Assembly: GCA_032127745.1 (NCBI GenBank)
Contig: JAQBHL010000041.1
Location: forward strand, 10,230 to 74,229
Reading direction: 5' to 3'
DNA from: Acidobacteriota bacterium
GTDB taxonomy: Bacteria; Acidobacteriota; Vicinamibacteria; Fen-336; JAGNNV01
DNA: 64,000 bases
The notes beneath the pieces were generated by a model. That model was not told where the DNA came from. It did no database searches and saw only the letters and a program-made list of their open reading frames with translations. Positions within the stretch are counted from its first letter, which is position 1. The number at the start of each line of letters is the position of its first letter. Shown piece by piece: positions 49,900-61,759 of the stretch. Position numbers and translations under genes: made by a program.

Positions 49900-50214
49900 T
49901 TGAAGGCCGGCCGGCGCGGGGCGACGTCTCTGGTCAGCGTCTCCATCGTCTCGGCCCCCGGGCCGGGACGGATTGGTATTTCAGCATCGGCTAAAGTAGG
50001 CGGATCGGTTGAACGAAATCGCGCACGGCGCATGGTTCGGGAGTACTACCGGCACGCCTACCGGAATTCGGCTCCCTATGACATCGTCGTCAACCTCAGG
50101 CCCGGGTTCGCGACCCTGTCTGCGGAGGAAGTGAGGAAAACCCTCGATGAAGCCATCTCAAAAGCGATCGCCGCCGGAAGCCGCCCTGGTCGCCATCCTC
50201 ATTCTGAGCGTTGA
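49900..50214 (+). CDS. rnpA: RNase P protein component
   Basis: ..LGVKAFGG-type ..RIGISASAKVGGSVERNRARRMVREYYR... Coordinates follow the only canonical start (TTG 49900), but conserved N-terminal sequence continues upstream to 49795 in the same frame (see findings). Confidence 0.8.
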   Translation: MKAGRRGATSLVSVSIVSAPGPGRIGISASAKVGGSVERNRARRMVREYYRHAYRNSAPYDIVVNLRPGFATLSAEEVRKTLDEAISKAIAAGSRPGRHPHSER

Positions 50215-50392
50215 CGCCTATAGAGCGCTGCTTTCCCCCCTGTTTAGAGGTAGTTGCAGGTTCGAACCGTCCTGCAGTCAGTTCGCGCGCGAAGCCCTGT
50301 TCAGGCATGGCGCCCGAGGCGCATTCCTCGGCGCCCGGAGAATTCTCAGGTGTCGGCCGTTTGGTGGCTATGGCTTTGACCCTGTTCCCTGA
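50147..50392 (+). CDS. yidD: Membrane protein insertion efficiency factor YidD
   Basis: ..CRFEPSCSQFAREAL..; overlaps the rnpA 3' end as usual. Confidence 0.85.
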   Translation: MKPSQKRSPPEAALVAILILSVDAYRALLSPLFRGSCRFEPSCSQFAREALFRHGARGAFLGARRILRCRPFGGYGFDPVP

Positions 50393-50451
50393 AGCCGAAG
50401 AGGGAAGTCCCGGCACCCGCGCGGGAACCAAGAAAGAAGACTAGAAGACTC

Positions 50452-52095
50452 ATGGAAGAAAGACGGCTGATTCTGGCGTTTGCCCTATCGTTTGCCGTCC
50501 TGCTTGGCTTCAGGATGTGGACGAACGCCCGCTACCCGGCGCCCCCGGCCGGCGTCCCGCCGACCACGCCCCAGAGCGCAAGGGAGCCAACCCCGCCCGC
50601 CCCGCCGGTCCAGCCGCCGGCCCCGGGTCCAAGGATCCCAAGCGAACCGGTAATGGCCTCCGTTGCGGAGGCCGCCCCCATCGTGACCGCCGACGAACGA
50701 CGGGTCGAATTCAACACGAAAGAGGCGGAAATCGCCTTCAGTTCGAAGGGAGCCCGCCTTCTCTCCTGGAAGCTCCTGGAGTACAAGGACCAGCGGGGCA
50801 AACCCGTGGAAGCCCACCCGGGCGGAAATCCGGTGCCCGGCCCGCTCGACCTCGTGACCGGGAACGCCGAAGTGGATACACGCCTTCGCGCAGCACTCTT
50901 CCGCGTCACCGAGTTGCGCCAGGGCCAGGAGCAGGGCGCACGGTTCGACTTCTCGGACGGCTCGCTGGTCGTAACCAAGACCATTCAGAGCACGAAGGGC
51001 GGTCGCGCCTTTCTGATCGATGTCGAGGTGAAAGAGAACGGAGCGATTCTTCCAGCGCGCGTCTTCTGGGGCCCAGGTTTCGGCCAACCGTCGGACGAAG
51101 AAAAGGATCTTCGCGGCTACCTCCCCGCCGATGTTGTAGAAATCGACGAGGCAGGCAATGACGTTCGCCTTCCACCGAGTGCCCTGGTTGAGCCGCGGTT
51201 GGTCCGCGCGAAGCTGATCGGGGTTGAGAACAAGTACTTCGCGGCCGTTTTCATGAAGGACGACGGCGGCACCCTCGATGCGACCGCGACCGCCAGCTCT
51301 CCGGAAGCGCGGGTGGAAGTTCTGGTAACGCCTCCCGTGGCCTTGGCCATTGGCGCGAAGGATTACGACCGCCTGCGTTCGCTCGGACTCGGCGTCGAGA
51401 AGATCGTGCCCGTGGGAAGCTGGATCGGCCCTATTGTGGTGCCACTCACACGCGCGCTTCGCGCGGTCAACGCCCGGGTGGGGAATTATGGCGTGGCCAT
51501 AATCATTCTCACCATCGCCATCGCCGTGGCCATGGCGCCGCTGCGTCACTACGCCATACTGTCTTCCGCGAAGATGGCGAAAGTGGGCCCGCAGATACGA
51601 GCGGTTCAGGAGCGCTACAAGCGCTTGTCGTTGACCGATCCAAAGCGACAGCAGATGCAAAAAGAGATCGCCGAGGTCTACGAGAAGAACGGCATCGACA
51701 TGGTCCGCCAAACCGCCGCCGGGTGTCTCCCTACCCTCCTGACCATGCCTTTCCTCTTCGCCTTCTATCGGATGCTCGACATTTCGGTCGATCTCAAAGG
51801 CGCCCCGTTCCTGTGGATTCCAGACCTCAGCCTCAAGGACCCGCTCTTCATTACACCAGTACTCTCGGGCCTCTCCATGATTGCCATGCAACGACTGATG
51901 CCGGCACCGGCGGTAGATCCGGCCCAGCAGCGAATGATGCTGTTGATGCCGGTCATATTCGCAGGGATGTTCGCGTGGGCGCCGGGCGGCCTCAACCTGT
52001 ACTGGTTCGTGGCCAATCTGGCTGCCATGGGCCAGCAGGCCCTTGCCATGTACTTTGCCCCGCACCTGTTCCCAAAGGCCAAGGCCCCGTCCTAG
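50452..52095 (+). CDS. yidC: Membrane protein insertase YidC
   Basis: N-terminal TM, large periplasmic domain, C-terminal core ..LTDPKRQQMQKEIAEVYEKNGIDMV..PTLLTMPFLFAFYRML... Confidence 0.95.
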   Translation: MEERRLILAFALSFAVLLGFRMWTNARYPAPPAGVPPTTPQSAREPTPPAPPVQPPAPGPRIPSEPVMASVAEAAPIVTADERRVEFNTKEAEIAFSSKGARLLSWKLLEYKDQRGKPVEAHPGGNPVPGPLDLVTGNAEVDTRLRAALFRVTELRQGQEQGARFDFSDGSLVVTKTIQSTKGGRAFLIDVEVKENGAILPARVFWGPGFGQPSDEEKDLRGYLPADVVEIDEAGNDVRLPPSALVEPRLVRAKLIGVENKYFAAVFMKDDGGTLDATATASSPEARVEVLVTPPVALAIGAKDYDRLRSLGLGVEKIVPVGSWIGPIVVPLTRALRAVNARVGNYGVAIIILTIAIAVAMAPLRHYAILSSAKMAKVGPQIRAVQERYKRLSLTDPKRQQMQKEIAEVYEKNGIDMVRQTAAGCLPTLLTMPFLFAFYRMLDISVDLKGAPFLWIPDLSLKDPLFITPVLSGLSMIAMQRLMPAPAVDPAQQRMMLLMPVIFAGMFAWAPGGLNLYWFVANLAAMGQQALAMYFAPHLFPKAKAPS

Positions 52096-52264
52096 CCGTG
52101 TTCCTGTAGGAATTGTGAGTCCCCTGCGGGTCTTCACCATCCCGCCCGCGGGGGCAGCTCTATGCTCTTCCCTCGAACCGGGCCAGCCATGGGCGGGTTT
52201 TGGCGTTTCCACTAAAGATCCTCCTGCGCCATGACCCGGGGAAAGTGAAGGAGAAGGAGGCTTC

Positions 52265-52798
52265 TTGGTCGAAAGGCATCCCCTGATCGCAGACGAAGGC
52301 GCCGAGCGGCGCCTCAGTCAGTATATGGACTGTCTGTGCCGCTGGGCGTCGCGGATCAACCTGACCGGGGCGGATACACGGGCGGAAGCGTTCGACACCC
52401 TCGTGCTTCCCGTTCTCGGCGCCGAATCGCTTCTCTCCGCGCCGGTGATCGACGTGGGGTCCGGAAACGGTTCACCCGGCCTGATTCTCGCGGCTCTGTG
52501 CCCCGACCTGTCCTTCACGCTTCTCGAGCCCCGAGCGAAGAGGTGGGCCTTTCTCCGAGAGGCGGCGCGAGAAATGGGGGCGGCGAACGTGACCGTCCTC
52601 CGGCAACGAAGCGAAGCCTATTGCGGCCCAAAGGCCCGAACGGCGACCATGAGAGCGGTTGGGCTCGACCCCGAAAGGCTTCGCCCGCACCTGTCGCCGG
52701 GTGGCTGTGTTCTTGTGTTTGGCGGCCCACCCCTGCAAGGAGCGGAAGCGATCCGATTAGTGTCGGGGTCGATGGTTCAGCGACGATGTTTCACGTGA
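52265..52798 (+). CDS. rsmG: 16S rRNA m7G527 methyltransferase RsmG (GidB)
   Basis: ..WASRINLTG.., ..VIDVGSGNGSPGL.. SAM-binding motif. Confidence 0.85.
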   Translation: MVERHPLIADEGAERRLSQYMDCLCRWASRINLTGADTRAEAFDTLVLPVLGAESLLSAPVIDVGSGNGSPGLILAALCPDLSFTLLEPRAKRWAFLREAAREMGAANVTVLRQRSEAYCGPKARTATMRAVGLDPERLRPHLSPGGCVLVFGGPPLQGAEAIRLVSGSMVQRRCFT

Positions 52799-52830
52799 AA
52801 CGGTGATGCGAGCGCGGGTGATATTCTGAA

Positions 52831-53610
52831 ATGCGAATGGCCCGCGTCATCGCAATAGCAAACCAGAAGGGTGGCGTCGGCAAGACGACCACGGCAATCA
52901 ATCTGGCCGCAAGCCTGGCCGTAGCCGAAAAGAAGATTCTGGCCATCGACCTCGATCCACAGGGCAACCTCACCTCCGGCTTCGGTCTGGAAAAAGCTTC
53001 GGGACTTTACGACGCGCTCTTCTCTGGGGCGCCCTTACCCAGGCCGGCTGCGACCCCGCTCGATTATCTTCAAGTCATTCAGTCGGATCCCGATCTTGCC
53101 GGACTGGAGATAGCCCTGGCTGCGGGCGAGGATCGCGAATTTCGCCTCCGCGCCGCTATACAGTCCTCAAGGCCCCTTTTCGATTTCGTGATCCTGGACA
53201 CTCCGCCTAGTCTGGGGCTACTTGCCGTCAACGCCCTCACGGCCGCGGACTCCGTCCTGGTTCCGATCCAGTGCGAGTATTTTGCCCTTGAAGGGCTGGG
53301 CGCCTTCATGGGGACCCTCGAGCGGATCAGGGCCGCCCTCAACCCCAGGGTCGCCCTTGAGGGCGTCTTGCTCACGATGTCCGATGACCGGACGAACCTG
53401 TCCCAGCAGGTCTCCGCGGACGTGAGGGACCATTTTGGGGATCAGGTCTTCAAGACCAGCATCCCCCGAAGCATCCGGCTGGCGGAGGCGCCGGGTTTCG
53501 GAAAACCTGTTCTCCTTTACGACATCAAATCGCGAGCGAGTGAGTGTTATCTGGGACTGGCCCGCGAGGTCCTCGATGCAGCGGGAAGAAGGATCACCAA
53601 TGAGCAATAA
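52831..53610 (+). CDS. parA: Chromosome partitioning ATPase ParA/Soj
   Basis: ..IAIANQKGGVGKTTTAINLAASLA.. deviant Walker A. Confidence 0.95.
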   Translation: MRMARVIAIANQKGGVGKTTTAINLAASLAVAEKKILAIDLDPQGNLTSGFGLEKASGLYDALFSGAPLPRPAATPLDYLQVIQSDPDLAGLEIALAAGEDREFRLRAAIQSSRPLFDFVILDTPPSLGLLAVNALTAADSVLVPIQCEYFALEGLGAFMGTLERIRAALNPRVALEGVLLTMSDDRTNLSQQVSADVRDHFGDQVFKTSIPRSIRLAEAPGFGKPVLLYDIKSRASECYLGLAREVLDAAGRRITNEQ

Positions 53611-54478
53611 ACGCGTGGCTTTGGGCCGAGGGCTCTCCGCCCTTATTCCTGAAGCTCCCATCCTCCCACCGAATCCGCCCAACCTCCGGCCGAGCCCAGG
53701 CGAAGTCGCGGAGTCTCTGGTCCCGCTATCCCTCATCGACGCGAACCCGGTCCAACCCAGAACGAGCATTCGGTCCGAGGCCCTGGAACAACTGGCCCGG
53801 TCCATTCAGGAAAGCGGAGTGATTCAGCCGATCCTCGTCCGGCCCGCCCTCAACGGGCGGTTTCAAATCGTCGCTGGAGAGAGACGCTTTAGGGCGGCCC
53901 AGAAACTGGGCCTGTCGACCATTCCCGCGGTGGTCCGGAAAGTGGCGGATGATCGAATTCTGGAGTTCGCGCTGGTTGAGAACATTCAGCGCGAGGAACT
54001 CACCCCGATCGAGGAGGCTCAGGCCCTCCGCCGTCTGCAGGAAGAACTGGGGCTGACCCAGGAAGCCCTGGCCGGCAAGATCGGCAAGGACCGGGCGACG
54101 GTGGCGAACACCCTGCGCCTGTTGCGACTGCCGGCCGAGGTCCGCGAAGAGTTGCAGCGCGGTACACTCTCGGCGGGGCACGCGCGCGCGCTTCTGGCCA
54201 TCGAAGATCCGGTCCAGATCAGAGAGCTCGCGGACCAGGCCATAAAGCTTGGGTTGTCGGTTCGCCAGGTCGAGGCTCGCGTCAAGGCCCACCGGAATCC
54301 GAAGGGCGCCACGGTTCGGAAAGTCGATGCGAACACCCGAGCCGCCGAGGAGAAGCTTCGAGCGAAGCTGGGCGCGCGGGTGGAGATCAATCGAAAGCGG
54401 GGGAGGGGTGAGATCCGGATTGCGTTCGACAGCGAGTCGGAACTGAACCGCCTCTATCTCTGGATCGTACGGGGCTGA
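53600..54478 (+). CDS. parB: Chromosome partitioning protein ParB/Spo0J
   Basis: MSNKRVALGRGLSALIP.., ..GVIQPILVRP.., ..IVAGERRFRAA.. Start at ATG 53600, overlapping the parA end; the listed longer ORF is an overlap artefact. Confidence 0.95.
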   Translation: MSNKRVALGRGLSALIPEAPILPPNPPNLRPSPGEVAESLVPLSLIDANPVQPRTSIRSEALEQLARSIQESGVIQPILVRPALNGRFQIVAGERRFRAAQKLGLSTIPAVVRKVADDRILEFALVENIQREELTPIEEAQALRRLQEELGLTQEALAGKIGKDRATVANTLRLLRLPAEVREELQRGTLSAGHARALLAIEDPVQIRELADQAIKLGLSVRQVEARVKAHRNPKGATVRKVDANTRAAEEKLRAKLGARVEINRKRGRGEIRIAFDSESELNRLYLWIVRG

Positions 54479-54483
54479 AGGCG

Positions 54484-54834
54484 ATGGCACGACCCCCTCT
54501 CTTTTCCGAGAATCTCAACGGTTTCATCGACCAGGGCACGGAGTTCGTCGGCGAACTGCGGTTCCGCGATACCTTCCGCATCGACGGTACCGTTCGCGGT
54601 CGCATCGTTTCCGACAACATGCTGGTGATCGGGGAGCACGGAGTGGTGGAGGCCGAGATCGATTGCGGCGTGGTTTCGATCAGGGGCCGGGTTCGGGGAC
54701 ACGTCCATGCCCGCGACCGCATCGAAATCCTGGCCGGCGCGCATGTCGAGGCGACTCTGGACTCCCCCCGGATGATCGTGGAAGAGGGCGCCACCCTGAC
54801 CGGACAGACCGACGTGGGGACCAGAGGCCTTTAA
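54484..54834 (+). CDS. Bactofilin (CcmA-like polymer-forming protein)
   Basis: ..FRDTFRIDGTVRGRIVSDNMLVIGEHGVVEAEIDCGVVSIRGRVRGHVHARDRIEILAGAHVEATL.. beta-helical repeats. Confidence 0.85.
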   Translation: MARPPLFSENLNGFIDQGTEFVGELRFRDTFRIDGTVRGRIVSDNMLVIGEHGVVEAEIDCGVVSIRGRVRGHVHARDRIEILAGAHVEATLDSPRMIVEEGATLTGQTDVGTRGL

Positions 54835-54852
54835 TATAACAAACTATACAAA

Positions 54853-55893
54853 ATGACTGACCACCGACAGAGGATTCTCAGGCTCACGGAGCGAGTCAAG
54901 AGCGCCGGCTGAGCGAGCAAGCTCGGCCCCGCCGAACTCGCCCAGGTTCTGAGCGAACTCCCCCGCAGCACCGACCCCCGTGTTCTCGTCGACTACCGAA
55001 GTGGCGACGATGCGGGAATCTATCGCCTTGACGGGGGCACGCTCCTGGTCCAAACCGTCGATTTCTTCACCCCGGTGGTGGACGACCCGGAGGAGTACGG
55101 AGCGATCGCCGCCGCGAACGCTCTGTCGGACGTGTACGCCATGGGGGGCAGACCCCTCACCGCCCTTTCGATCGCCGCCATACCGGACAAGGATTTCCCT
55201 CCCGAGTGGACAGCCGCCATATTCAGGGGCGGCGCCGCCAAATTGAAAGAAGCGGGCTGCGCCCTCCTGGGGGGACATACGGTACGCGACCCGGAAATCA
55301 AGTTCGGCTACGCCGTCACCGGGGTTGTGGAGGAATCAGCGCTCCTCACGAACGCGCGGGCGCAGCCTGGCGACATTCTTGTCCTGACCAAGCCCCTGGG
55401 CACCGGCGTCATCGCCACGGCCCAGAAGGCGGGTCTGGCCCGCGAGGAATCAGTCCGCGCTGCGACCGCCAGCATGTTGCGACTCAACCGGATTCCGGCC
55501 GAACTGGCGAGGCGATACTGCGCCCGAGCCGCCACCGATATCACCGGCTTCGGCCTTTTGGGCCATGCGCTGGTTCTGGCCCGAGAGAGCGGGGTTGGTC
55601 TTGAAATCGATCTGCCGCTTCTACCGCTTCTCCCGGGAGCCCTGGAACTGGCCGAAAGCAGTCAAGCGGCCGGGCTGAAAGCCAATCGAAAACAGTTTGC
55701 CGGACGAGTGGACTTTCGAGGCGATGTGCCCCCCGATCTTCTGACCATGCTCTACGATCCTCAGACCTCGGGCGGACTGTTCCTCAGCATGCCAGAGGAT
55801 CGCGTCCGGCCCTTGCTTCTCGAACTCAAGGATGCCAGAGCGGTAGGCCGGGTCACCGCCGAAAACCAGGGCAGAATCCTCATCCTCGCGTGA
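54853..55893 (+). CDS. selD: Selenide, water dikinase (selenophosphate synthetase) with in-frame TGA (Sec) codon at 54910-54912
   Basis: ATG 54853 ..MTDHRQRILRLTERVKSAG-[TGA]-ASKLGPAELAQVLSEL..VDYRSGDDAGIYRL..VQTVDFFTPVVDDPEEYGAIAAANALSDVYAMGG.. continues into the listed ORF 55075..55893. The TGA sits exactly at the conserved active-site Cys/Sec position (E. coli ..HGAGCGCKIS..). Confidence 0.85.
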
Positions 55894-55920
55894 TATCCTG
55901 ATCCGTCAGGCGTCCGAACC

Positions 55921-56538
55921 GTGATGGACTGCCCTCCGGGCCGGTCGATGGCGTCCCAAAGCCCGAAAAAGCGCGTCCCCGCGCGCCACTTCTGCCCCAA
56001 AAACCGAACCTCAAGCTTGATCAACTCCAAGTCCGCAAGGCGCTACGCCCGCGCCATCATCGAAACGGCGACCGACACCCGCGCGGTGCGCGGTGAACTG
56101 GCCGCCATCTCAGCGACCCTGAAGGCGAATCGGGCGCTTTCCGACGCCCTTTCCAACCCTGGTGTGCCCGCGGCAAACAAGAAGGCGATGACGACCGCCA
56201 TCTTTCAGGGCCTTTCTTCGCCGCTCCCCCGACTTCTCGATATCCTCATCGACGCGTCCCGCACCGAACTGATCCACGAAATCGCCCGCCGTTATGGCGA
56301 CGAATGGAACAGCCGAAACAACGTTCACGCGGCCATCGTGACCACCGCCATGGAACTCGATCATGACGGCGCGGAGCGCGTGCGGCAGGCCATCGAAAAG
56401 GCGGTATCCGGGTCGGTCGAAATGACGCTCAGCACCGACGCCTCCCTCGTGGGCGGACTGAAGGTCGAGGTGGCCGGCCACCTGTTCGACGGCACGGTCA
56501 AGGCACGCCTCAAGGCGCTGCGGCAACATCTTCTGTAG
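55921..56538 (+). CDS. atpH: ATP synthase F1 delta subunit (OSCP)
   Basis: ..[48 protein letters not shown]... The true start is probably internal (ATG 55948 or TTG 56017). Confidence 0.85.
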   Translation: MMDCPPGRSMASQSPKKRVPARHFCPKNRTSSLINSKSARRYARAIIETATDTRAVRGELAAISATLKANRALSDALSNPGVPAANKKAMTTAIFQGLSSPLPRLLDILIDASRTELIHEIARRYGDEWNSRNNVHAAIVTTAMELDHDGAERVRQAIEKAVSGSVEMTLSTDASLVGGLKVEVAGHLFDGTVKARLKALRQHLL

Positions 56539-56636
56539 ATTCGTCAAAGAGCCCCCGCGCCACTCCAAAGCCAAGGTTCAAAAACGACCGTCAGTTTCCT
56601 TCTCCCCTCAAAACAGGAAAACCGAAGAAGCCCCAC

Positions 56637-58151
<1,515 letters not shown>

Positions 58152-58181
58152 CCGCGGTCCGGGGCCAAGGGAGACAAGGGC

Positions 58182-59030
58182 ATGCCAGCGCTCATCGACA
58201 TCCGCAGACGGATCCGCAGCGTCAAGAACACGCAGCAGATCACCAAGGCCCTGAAAATGGTCTCGGCGGCGAAGCTCCGGCGCGCTCAGGAGTCCATGTT
58301 CGCGGCCCGGCCCTACGCACGTACCATGGCGCAGGTGCTCAAAGACGTGGCCGCCCGCACCGATGGCGAGGAGAATCACCCTCTCTTCCGAGCCGCTGCG
58401 AAGGACGGCCCCGTCCTGGTCATCGTGGTCACCAGCGACAAAGGTCTGTGCGGGGCCTTCAACTCGTCGCTGCTCCGCGTCTCCCAGCGCTTCCTCGCCG
58501 ACAATGCGCACCGGAAGGTTCTGGCCGACGCAGTGGGCCGCAAGGGCCGTGACTTTCTCCGGCGCCGGACCACCGTCCGCAAGGAATACGTCGGAGTCTT
58601 CCAGGCCCTAGGATTCTCGAAGGCGCAGGACATCGCCCAATCCGCGATGAAGGCGTTTCTCGACCGCGAAGTGGATGAAGTGGTTCTGCTCTTCAACGAG
58701 TTCAAGAGCGTCATCCAGCAGCGCATCGTGACCGAGCGGCTCCTCCCCCTCACCGTCATCGAGGGCGCGAAGAGCGCACAGGAGTATCTCTACGAACCCG
58801 CGCCCCGAGTGATCTTTGACAAGCTCCTTCCCAAGATCGTGGAAACCACGGTCTGGCAGGCCCTCCTGGAGTCCAACGCCGCCGAGCACGGAGCCCGGAT
58901 GGCGGCCATGGACTCGGCCACGCGGAACGCGTCGCAGACCATCGACAGCCTCACTCTGTATATGAACAAGGTGCGCCAGGCCGCGATCACCAAGGAAATC
59001 ATCGAAGTTGTCTCCGGCGCGGCCGCCTAG
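58182..59030 (+). CDS. atpG: ATP synthase F1 gamma subunit
   Basis: MPALIDIRRRIRSVKNTQQITKALKMVSAAKLRRAQ.. Confidence 0.95.
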   Translation: MPALIDIRRRIRSVKNTQQITKALKMVSAAKLRRAQESMFAARPYARTMAQVLKDVAARTDGEENHPLFRAAAKDGPVLVIVVTSDKGLCGAFNSSLLRVSQRFLADNAHRKVLADAVGRKGRDFLRRRTTVRKEYVGVFQALGFSKAQDIAQSAMKAFLDREVDEVVLLFNEFKSVIQQRIVTERLLPLTVIEGAKSAQEYLYEPAPRVIFDKLLPKIVETTVWQALLESNAAEHGARMAAMDSATRNASQTIDSLTLYMNKVRQAAITKEIIEVVSGAAA

Positions 59031-60518
<1,488 letters not shown>

Positions 60519-60530
60519 GGAACCACCATC

Positions 60531-60959
60531 ATGGCCGACGCTCCCCGCGCCACGAAGCTCACGCTCGAAGTCGTCACCCCGACCGGACTCCTTTTCCGAG
60601 ACGAGGTGGATTCCGTCCAGGCTCCCGGGTCCGAAGGGTCCTTTGGTGTTCTGCCCGGCCATATCCCGATGTTGACCATGCTGGGTGCGGGCGAAATCAT
60701 CTACCGCCAGGGACCCGAGACCGGTCGCATACTCTGTCTGTTCGGGTTCTGCGAAGTCCTGCCGGACCGGGTCCACATCATGGCCGAAAGCGGAGAGCGC
60801 ACGGACCAGATCGATGTGGCCCGGGCCGAGACCGCGAAGAAGAGTGCGGCGGAGCGGATGAAGAGGGTGAAGGACGAGGCCGGCTTCAAGGAGGCGCAGG
60901 CCGATTACGTCCGATCCGTCGCCCGCCTGGCCGCGGCCTCCGGCAACAAGGGCGCCTGA
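60531..60959 (+). CDS. atpC: ATP synthase F1 epsilon subunit
   Basis: ..LTLEVVTPTGLLF..VQAPGSEGSFGVLPGHIP... Confidence 0.95.
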   Translation: MADAPRATKLTLEVVTPTGLLFRDEVDSVQAPGSEGSFGVLPGHIPMLTMLGAGEIIYRQGPETGRILCLFGFCEVLPDRVHIMAESGERTDQIDVARAETAKKSAAERMKRVKDEAGFKEAQADYVRSVARLAAASGNKGA

Positions 60960-61162
60960 GCGCGAGGCCGCAGATCTTCGCTCAGATTCGAACGCTTTTC
61001 CGCTACAGGGCGCTCATCGAGAGCCTTGTCTCGCGCGAGCTCAAGGCCCGCTATCGAGGCAGCATCCTCGGTTTCCTCTGGAGCTTCATCAACCCCCTCC
61101 TCACCCTGCTGACCTATGGACTGGTCTTTGCGTACGTCCTGCCCGGACAAAGGCCCAGGGAG

Positions 61163-61759
61163 ATGGAACCGTTCCTCCTGTTTTTCGCCTGTGGAATTCT
61201 CCCCTGGACTTTCTTCCAGGCCGCCGTGCTGGAGGGTTCCACGGTCCTGGTGAGTAGTGGCGGCTTGCTTAAGAAGGTGCTCTTCCCTCCCGAGGTCCTC
61301 CCCACCGTCAGCGTGATCACCAATCTCTTCAACTTCGTGCTGTCCCTGCCCATCCTGCTCTTCTTTGTGGTCTGGAACCACAAACTCTCCTGGGCCGCTC
61401 TGCTCGTTCCCCTGCCGCTTCTGGTTCAGGTGATTCTGGCCCTGGGCATGGCTCTGGCCCTCTCCGCCCTCACCGTTCACTTCCGCGACCTGACCAACAT
61501 CCTCGGCCACCTCTTCCACCTCTGGTTCTTTGCCTCCCCCATCCTCTACGTGTACGGCTCCACTCACGGCACTCTTCGAGCCTTTCTTCGGCTCAATCCC
61601 ATGAGCCACATCATGGTGAGTTATCAGCAGATGCTGTTCGAGGGCCGATTCGACCACTGGGCCGGTCTGGCCGCGGCGGCCGCCGTCGCCGTTCTCGCCT
61701 TTGCCTTCGGCTGTTTTCTCTTCGATCGGCTTCGTGACGCCTTGGCGGAGGAGCTATGA
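61163..61759 (+). CDS. ABC-2 type polysaccharide exporter permease (Wzm/KpsM/TagG-like)
   Basis: Listed ORF from ATG 61163. Conserved N-terminal sequence (..LFRYRALIESLVSRELKARYRGSILGFLWSFINPLL..) continues upstream in frame to about 60960 without a canonical start (see findings). Confidence 0.8.
   Translation: MEPFLLFFACGILPWTFFQAAVLEGSTVLVSSGGLLKKVLFPPEVLPTVSVITNLFNFVLSLPILLFFVVWNHKLSWAALLVPLPLLVQVILALGMALALSALTVHFRDLTNILGHLFHLWFFASPILYVYGSTHGTLRAFLRLNPMSHIMVSYQQMLFEGRFDHWAGLAAAAAVAVLAFAFGCFLFDRLRDALAEEL

Noticed and set aside
55075-55893. Treating the listed 272-aa ORF as a complete (N-terminally truncated) SelD
   Set aside because: The conserved N-terminal 73 residues, including the glycine-rich active-site loop, are encoded in frame upstream, interrupted only by a TGA at the Cys/Sec position. 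A Sec-containing full-length SelD is the more parsimonious reading.
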